This document shows positions 55,776 through 64,000 of a stretch of DNA of 64,000 bases, one piece after another. A model generated the notes under the pieces. That model saw nothing but the letters and a program-made list of their open reading frames with translations. It made no database searches and was not told the DNA's origin. Each line of letters opens with the position of its first letter. Positions within the stretch are counted from its first letter, which is position 1. The stretch lies in NCBI GenBank assembly GCA_003344405.1, contig NOWV01000018.1, positions 496,001 to 560,000 on the forward strand. Reading direction: 5' to 3'. Source of the DNA: Trichoplax sp. H2 (taxonomy: Eukaryota). The position numbers were made by a program, and so were the translations under genes.

Positions 55776-57526
55776 ATTAAGGCTATCACTATTGCGCTTC
55801 TATTATATTCTATTCGCAGAATCGTTAAGGAAGCGATAAAGATGTTTCTATTTTCAAATCTAAATACGAATATATACGGTGTAGAGGTAATCATTGTTGC
55901 TATGACAGCAACGTTTGTATCTTTCTGGGATACGCCTGTTTGACTAGCCTACTTGTATACTACTGAAACTAGACTATTTATTATAGAATTTTGGTTACAA
56001 TACTATGCTAATGATGTTATTGTAAGATAGAAGTATGCTATTACCGCAATCCTGCAAATCGGCTTTACTATCTCGCAAAGTTCAAATCAATATCACTCTC
56101 ATACTTATATGATAGTGATCTTAAATGCCTAACAAAGCTGTAATCAACTTAAATGTAAATGCTAACATGCCCACTCTTTATCTTGACTTTGGATAAATCA
56201 ATCCTAGACAATAATGACAATAGATATGATAATTTTTCTGCTTGCTTCCACGAATTAGACTGCAAGAATATTTTTCCTATATAATACTATATCTCTATTT
56301 CTACTATACTACCAATTATATTATTCATGTTCAAATTTTACTGAGTCAATTATCTGTTTTGCGATATATATGATAATCCAATCACCCAGTTTGATTTAAA
56401 AAAGAAATTGTAAAACTTAATTCTGCAAAGCATCATTCTTAATCACAGCTAACTTTGAAATTATATCAAATAACGGCATTCTCATTCCTGCTTTATAATT
56501 TTTTATATTTAAAAATACGTAAAAATTATAGGAATAAAATATCAAAAGTAGGTCAAGGCGATATGATAAAATTCCAGTATTAGTATTACATCGCGCATTT
56601 AATACTGTAATGATTGTTATGATATTTGCAAGTAGAGTATGAAATTTATTTTGGATAGAAATTGAAAAGCTCCATTGTATTAAATAATATATGAAACAGT
56701 CCTGTAGCGAATGCTTAAATTTACTTGTATAGCAAAGTAAAAGACGCCTGCACGACTGTAACATCTTATACTCGTAGAGTACAACACACGCTCGAATACT
56801 GTTAATATTATTCAGTAATCCATATAAATGGTATTTTCCAGTTTTACTTTTAATATTTGGGCGTAAATATTCGTAAAAAACTACCGATTTAAAAATACAC
56901 AAAGCAGGGCAAGATAATAGGCTAAGATCTGTAACGGTTATCAACATACTTTAAATTTTGCTAATCCCTTAAAAGATCAGTTTATGCAAGCTCTCGCGTA
57001 TTATAAGCCTGTAAGAACTCACTTTATGCCTTTTGAAGTTACATTAGTGAGGGAAAGCATGGTGTAGGATTCAGGTAATTTTGAAGCTTTTATTATGGCC
57101 TAACACTAGAGCTGATTTAAATTAAATCAGATAAGTGATAAAAGTCTAGCAGAGTCATTGCTACAAGATATCTTTATTGTGGTACATGAAGATGTGGACA
57201 AAAAGTTGATTTAAAGTAAGCAAAAATCATCAGTATTATCAAGCTATGCCGTATTCCATTAAAACATCAATAGTACCGTAACTTAAGCACGCACAATTCG
57301 ACATTCAAAAAAATAAATCAAGTGTAAGGCTTACCTTTATAGTTAATTGTAAACTACGAATATACGGCAACTATTGAGTAAATTTTGAAGAATTAGCCTA
57401 ATATTTGCTATGAGCAACATATTAATTGAAATTAAGGAGTAATTCAAACATTATTATTATCACGAAATATTGTAAAATGGAAAATATGAAATTGCTTTAT
57501 CCCTGATCTTTGTATGCATTGGTTTC

Positions 57527-58173
57527 TTAGTAGGTAGAAGTTTCAGTTTCTTCAGCGATCGGATCAAGTTCAGGTCTTACTGATAATTTAGATTGCTTTA
57601 ATAACATGGGAATGGACGACTTTCTATCTTTCATTTCATTATCTTTTAACTTTATTGTATTTCCTAATTTAATCATCCTATTAACCTTTCGTATACTGCA
57701 CCATAGGACAATTCCAATCGTAAATAGGATAAAAACGGCAACAGACAATGAGGCGAAAGTGGCAATCTCGTCTGTAGTATAGCTATTGCGCGCGATTACT
57801 TTCTCGCATCGTTTTCCGGTAAAACCTTGTTGACAAAAACAGGCTACTTTTTCTTTATAAATAGAACAAGCTGCACCATTATAACATGTGCATGAAATAT
57901 CTGCTACTGATGAGAATGTAGGCAACATCAGGTAAAAGAATTTACGCTTGAAATATTCCTTGAAAGCAAAAGAAAAAATTGACGAGCCAGTGCAAAAGAA
58001 TAGAGCTTAATTCCTTGTATGATCTGCAGTAAATCGTTACTAATCGTATAGATGTTATTCGCTAGTTTTACTGATCATAGAAATTATTCCAGTAACTATC
58101 GTGACCAACCAGGATCAAAAGGAATTTTTCTTGTATTTGATGCCTCAGCTAATAATTTCTGAAGAATTTCGTA
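57527..58173 (-). CDS. 3' exons of a single-pass membrane protein with a juxtamembrane EGF domain (partial model)
   Basis: Phase-1 exon 57900-57527 encodes CTCYNGAAC...ACFCQQGFTGKRCE, the TM segment IATFASLSVAVFILFTIGIVLWC, a basic stop-transfer and a ~55-aa tail. A compatible upstream exon lies at 58173-58110. Further small exons may exist up to ~59785 but are uncertain. Confidence 0.75.
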
Positions 58174-59864
58174 CTACCTAAATATGAAAAAATGATAATA
58201 AGCTGTCGAGTCATCCATGTCTTTTATATACTCGTGTCCTCAATGTTGATTATCCGATGGAAAGACTATGCATATTCCATTTTTGTCTATATTTGAAATT
58301 GAAATTATCATGTGATAGAAATGAGAGTTTAACGTTTTCCCATTTATGACGATTTCATTACTTATTACTGTATATCGTGCATACACCAGTGCTGATGACT
58401 TAAGTTATTGGTTTTTATAGATTCTTTAATACGAATTAGCAAACGACGCACTTTTGCAATTTGAATGTCATCGAGTTATCGTCGTGGTGATTGTAATAAT
58501 TAGCAATTAAAGCCTATGATAAAGCAACATGATTTAATACCGTATCATAAATGGTTCATGATTTTGCGTATGGGATTTTATGCATCATAAATGCCGATGA
58601 AGGTATGTAAAATTGCTTCTCAAATAAAATGTAGATTAACGAATTGCTGTGGTGATACAAATCAGATTCGTAAATTATACAGTTTTATAGCTCTAAGATC
58701 ATTCAATTGCTATCGCAATCGCAAATGAAACGCAGAATACTAAATGATACTTAAAAGTTTTATTCTGATTCCCAGTCAATTAGTGCCATTAAATGTTATA
58801 GCTTTGCTAATATAATACAGTAGTATAAAATCTAATAGCATTTATAATAGAAATGGAAGGCGTAGTATTCAATCTTTCGTTCTGATTCAAAGAGGATTAA
58901 TAAATCCTGCATTTTGTATATCAAATACTGTCCAATAACAACATTCATTATAGGAATGAGAAGTATTCGAATTTTATTCTGAATTAACGTAAATAAGTTA
59001 ATACTACCGTACTATTTGTAAATCAGGAATTTTTGGGTAATTGTCGAAATTATGCTATTTGTCGAATACGGTATAACTCAGTGAAAAGAAATTTGATTTT
59101 ATAATTTATAAACAAAGTGTATCCTTCGTCTATTGGAAAGTTATCAATAAGTACGTTACTATAATAAATGCTGTGGATATTTGCTCGTAAAGACAGATGG
59201 TGGGCACTTGATATCATGTCTATAGCGCTGGTAGTTTTTGAAAACTGATGTCGATTATGTTATTGCATTCTTTCATTTTATCTCTATCGTTATTCGACAA
59301 ACATAAGCTAAAGATTCTGTAATAATTTCAATATGAAAATAAAAATATCTTCATCAAGTACGGTGATCTCATATTGACTGTATTACCTTCAATTGTATAT
59401 CCAATTACTGTACTGTATACTCATATGTCCCTTATAGAAACAAGTCATTCGAGCTTAGAGCTAAAATTGATTCTGAATAGTACTGAAAAAGAGCTTTCCT
59501 AGAATTTCTTGTAGTTGCAATCTATTTTTATCTAATTCGGATCTACCAATGTTGGCAGTGGAACTATTGATAACAGTCAGGGGTACATCCAATATTATTG
59601 TACGTCCTTGGTTTAGTATAAGAATTAAATTACTTTGAGATAATCTTTAAAATAAAGACCTGACAACAACTCATGTAATTGATTCATTTCTATACTGACG
59701 ATTTTAGCTATCCATTGCAATGAGTAGGTTATTGTAACTCTATACGGACAAGGTCAAGTACTGTTGAATGTCCACAATTTATTTCTGTAGTCAAAATGAA
59801 ACTTTTTAATGTTTCTCGTGCAGAAATCACGGAAATGATATTTACATATTTATATGTACAAATA

Positions 59865-62565
59865 GTATTTTGTGGGGTATTAAATTACATATAGCTACTT
59901 ATGTTAATAATGTAGTAACCTGATCACATCGTTTCGTTCGGCCTATAGTACTCTCTATACTCTAACTATAGCCTCTATTTTGTGGTGTATTAAATTATAA
60001 TATATACCTACTTATGTTCATAATGTAGTGATCACATCGTTTCGTTTGGCCTACAGTATGACATTATGATGACATGCTGTACTATGCGTAATACTAGGGA
60101 TTGCAAGGGTGGAAACGACAGTAGTTTCTATTAGGTGCTTGAGGTACAGAATTTCTTAATGCTTGTAGAATCTACGTATAATTCCATGACTTCTATTTGC
60201 TGTAATCCACGTTCTACCATAGTAGTCCATGACTCATAACTATTTTGTGGTGTATTAAACTCATAATGTAGTGATCACATCGTTTCGTTTGGCCTACAGT
60301 ATGACATTATGATGACATGCTGTACTANNNNNNNNNNNNNNNNNNNNCTACAGTATGACATTATGATGACATGCTGTACTAGGAGTAATACTAGGGATTG
60401 CAAGGGTGGAAACGACAGTAGCTTCTATTAGGTGCTTGAGGCACAGAATTTCTCAATGCTTGTAGAATCTACGTATAATTCCATGACTTATATTTGCTGT
60501 AATCCACGTTCTACCATAGTAGTCCATGACTCATAACTATTTTGTGGTGTATTAAACTCATAATGTAGTGATCACATCGTTTCGTTTGGCCTACAGCATG
60601 ACCTTATGATGACATGCTGTACTATGCAGAACAGTAGAGATTGCAAGGGCAAAAATGACAGTAGCTTCTATTAGGTGCTTGATGTACGGAATTTCTCGAT
60701 GCTTGTAGAATCTACGGACAAGTCCATGCCTTATTTACTGCAGTCCATGTTCTACCATAGTAGTGTATGACTCATATCACTAAGTTAACACGATGACATC
60801 ATTTCGTCTTTTTTAGACAATCTGCCAGCGAATATACAGTACAGACGGATAGCCAGACCATCCATCGCATAGNNNNNNNNNNNNNNNNNNNNATGCTTGT
60901 AGAATCTACGTATAATTCCATGACTTCTATTTGCTGTAATCCACGTTCTACCATAGTAGTCCATGACTCATAACTATTTTGTGGTGTATTAAACTCATAA
61001 TGTAGTGATCACATCGTTTCGTTTGGCCTACAGTATGACATTATGATGACATGCTGTACTATGAGTAATACTAGGGATTGCAAGGGTGGAAACGACAGTA
61101 GCTTCTATTAGGTGCTTGGGGCACAGAATTTCTCAATGCTTGTAGAATCTACGTATAATTCCATGACTTCTATTTGCTGTAATCCACGTTCTACCATAGT
61201 AGTCCATGACTCATAACTATTTTGTGGTGTATTAAACTCATAATGTAGTGATCACATCGTTTCGTTTGGCCTACAGCATGACCTTATGATGACATGCTGT
61301 ACTATGCAGAACAGTAGAGATTGCAAGGGCAAAAATGACAGTAGCTTCTATTAGGTGCTTGATGTACGGAATTTCTCGATGCTTGTAGAATCTACGGACA
61401 AGTCCATGCCTTATTTACTGCAGTCCATGTTCTACCATAGTAGTGTATGACTCATATCACTAAGTTAACACGATGACATCATTTCGTCTTTTTTAGACAA
61501 TCTGCCAGCGAATATACAGTACAGACGGATAGCCAGACCATCCATCGCATAGCCAGACCATCCATCGCATAGAGTAAACTCTATGACCAATGGAAAGGTT
61601 TCCGACTAGTACAGTACAGTACAATGTACTGTACGGTACAAGCAGGACAGTGAAGTACAGTACTGTAATTATGTACAGTACAGCACTACTGTACAGTGTA
61701 CAGTACCTTAATCAATCTTCCCGGTGTTGAGTGTATGGTAGCTGTAACGTAGACTCATACACGTTGGCACTTAGTATTTAGCATCATCATCGTTGTTTCA
61801 TCATNNNNNNNNNNNNNNNNNNNNGGTGGAAACGACAGTAGCTTCTATTAGGTGCTTGAGGCACAGAATTTCTCAATGCTTGTAGAATCTACGTATAATT
61901 CCATGACTTATATTTGCTGTAATCCACGTTCTACCATAGTAGTCCATGACTCATAACTATTTTGTGGTGTATTAAACTCATAATGTAGTGATCACATCGT
62001 TTCGTTTGGCCTACAGCATGACCTTATGATGACATGCTGTACTATGCAGAACAGTAGAGATTGCAAGGGCAAAAATGACAGTAGCTTCTATTAGGTGCTT
62101 GATGTACGGAATTTCTCGATGCTTGTAGAATCTACGGACAAGTCCATGCCTTATTTACTGCAGTCCATGTTCTACCATAGTAGTGTATGACTCATATCAC
62201 TAAGTTAACACGATGACATCATTTCGTCTTTTTTAGACAATCTGCCAGCGAATATACAGTACAGACGGATAGCCAGACCATCCATCGCATAGAGTAAACT
62301 TTATGACCAATGGAAAGGTTTCCGACTAGTACAGTACAGTACAATGTACAGTACAGTACACTGTACAGTACAATGTACTGTACAGTACAAGCAGGACAGT
62401 GAAGTACAGTACAGTACTGTAATTATGTACAGTACAGCACTACTGTACAGTGTACAGTACCTTAATCAATCTTCCCGGTGTTGAGTGTACTGTATGGTAG
62501 CTGTAACGTAGACTCATACACGTTGGCACTTAGTATTTAGCATCATCATCGTTGTTTCATCATTT
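59865..62565. repeat. Tandem satellite (~242-bp unit with variant units) interrupted by three N gaps
   Basis: tattttgtggtgtattaaactcataatgtagtgatcacatcgtttcg recurs near 60241, 60538, 60976, 61218 and 61958. Gaps lie near 60328, 60873 and 61805. Confidence 0.95.
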
Positions 62566-64000
62566 TTGAGCGATTTGCAAGGCTTATTGCAGTCCTAGTT
62601 GGCTTTTAAAACCAATACAAATTGTTTTCTCTTGGCTAGCGAGTTGAAGTCTTCTGCTACCACGATTGTTGTTGAGCAGCAGTTTATCTCCTGTATCCAT
62701 TGGCTAATAGTGGATATTGCCTACAGTACGCTACTGGAACGCCGACATTTCGTCATCACCACTCAGCAGAACGACGCGCCGAGAACGTTGCAGTCTAATC
62801 TAGACTAATAGTCAATTTGCTATAAGGTAATTGCCGCATACCTAGACTAAAGCAACAGTAGTCCCCAATGAGAGGATTAATGGAACAATTTTGGTAATGA
62901 CGTTCTACTTTGTTGAATGATGATAATATAGATAGAAATTCGAAATCGACGAAAATAACTACCCACGATCAAGCATACAAAGCCGCATACGTGGACTCTT
63001 GGATTATGGAAAACCAAATGTCTTCTATGCACTGCATTGCTTCCTTTGAACAAAAACAGCATGAGCTTGAAGTCCATACTTCAACGAAATGGCTAGATTT
63101 GCTTGAAATGGTAAGATAACTGTGCTACTAAAGTACCGATTTGAATTTAGACTTTGGCATTTTTCTTCCATTAATTTCTTACTTTGTTGTTTACTTGCTA
63201 TTCATCTTCATGATGAATGTTTTCAATTGAAACACCTCTGATGATAAAAATTGATTCCATTTTATATGCATCTCTTTTCTACTACGCTAGTTGCTTTATT
63301 CCTACAATGTTCGCTGTACTTCAATCAAGTACTATGACGAAGAAGGAGACGAGGTACGAAAGAAACTTGCTACCTTTTTGTTTACAAATCGTCCATTTTG
63401 ATTTATTTGTTGTACTCGGCGCTTACAGTAAGTACATGGTCGAAAAAGATACAAACGCCGTATGTTGAATGTTGGAAGTGTACTACTCTCGATAGATTTT
63501 ATGCAGTACGCTATACACTACAGTACTGTCTATTTGTATGGATTGATTGAGTCAAAAGATCGCTAAAAAGAGGAATTTTTCCTTAGTTTTACTATACATC
63601 TGTAAACCCTACATTACATCATCAGTACGGACATCCACGTACAAGTGAGTAAGGGATTGTCAATCCCAATCGGGATCGAAGATCCAAGTCTTTGCTCCAT
63701 CCGTGCTAGTCATTTCCTGCTTGACATTACACGCATGGATAAAATGACTACAATGAGTACGTCATAATATGGACAAAATAACCCTTGTCTTTTTCCATTT
63801 CCAATCATAAAATGAACTAGTCCACATTCATAAAGGCTAATTTTAGAGTGGATCGAATGCATTGACCAAGTCCTCTCTGTCCTTGTATGTTGATGCCCCG
63901 TCATCATTCTATCTATACCAGATCGTGAAAAGTTATTGTAATAACCAATAGAATGATTCTTATCCACTCGACTTGAATTTATCAGCCCATCTATAGTGAG

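Noticed and set aside
56417-56947. 176-aa minus-strand ORF
   Set aside because: AT-rich codon composition and no motif; it lies downstream of the EGF-TM stop, so it is probably 3' UTR or intergenic.
62599-63967. Short ORFs, one ending at a GTAAG donor (63111), and a transposase-like DWK fragment
   Set aside because: Too fragmentary and stop-ridden to assign without a search.

Overview
AT-rich eukaryotic (animal) genomic DNA with short GT-AG introns and abundant TACAG/CAGTA microsatellite. A placozoan (Trichoplax-like) origin is my inference from composition and gene style, not demonstrated. Manual splicing gives: (1) a multi-exon beta-catenin (+, ~15770-27787) with an altered phosphodegron; (2) a tandem array, barely visible in the ORF track, of three intact 10-exon prosaposin-like genes plus a decayed fourth copy (-, 30059-47277), whose first SapB domain has lost the same disulfide pair; (3) an 11-exon sulfite oxidase (+, 49371-52828) that appears to lack the animal cytochrome b5 domain and ends in a PTS1-like SKI, i.e. 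plant-type architecture; (4) CCDC103/DNAAF19 (-, 53637-55775); (5) the 3' part of an EGF-transmembrane gene (-). Small MITE-like elements, tandem repeats and a gapped satellite fill the rest. All exon models are read by eye and need RNA-seq confirmation.
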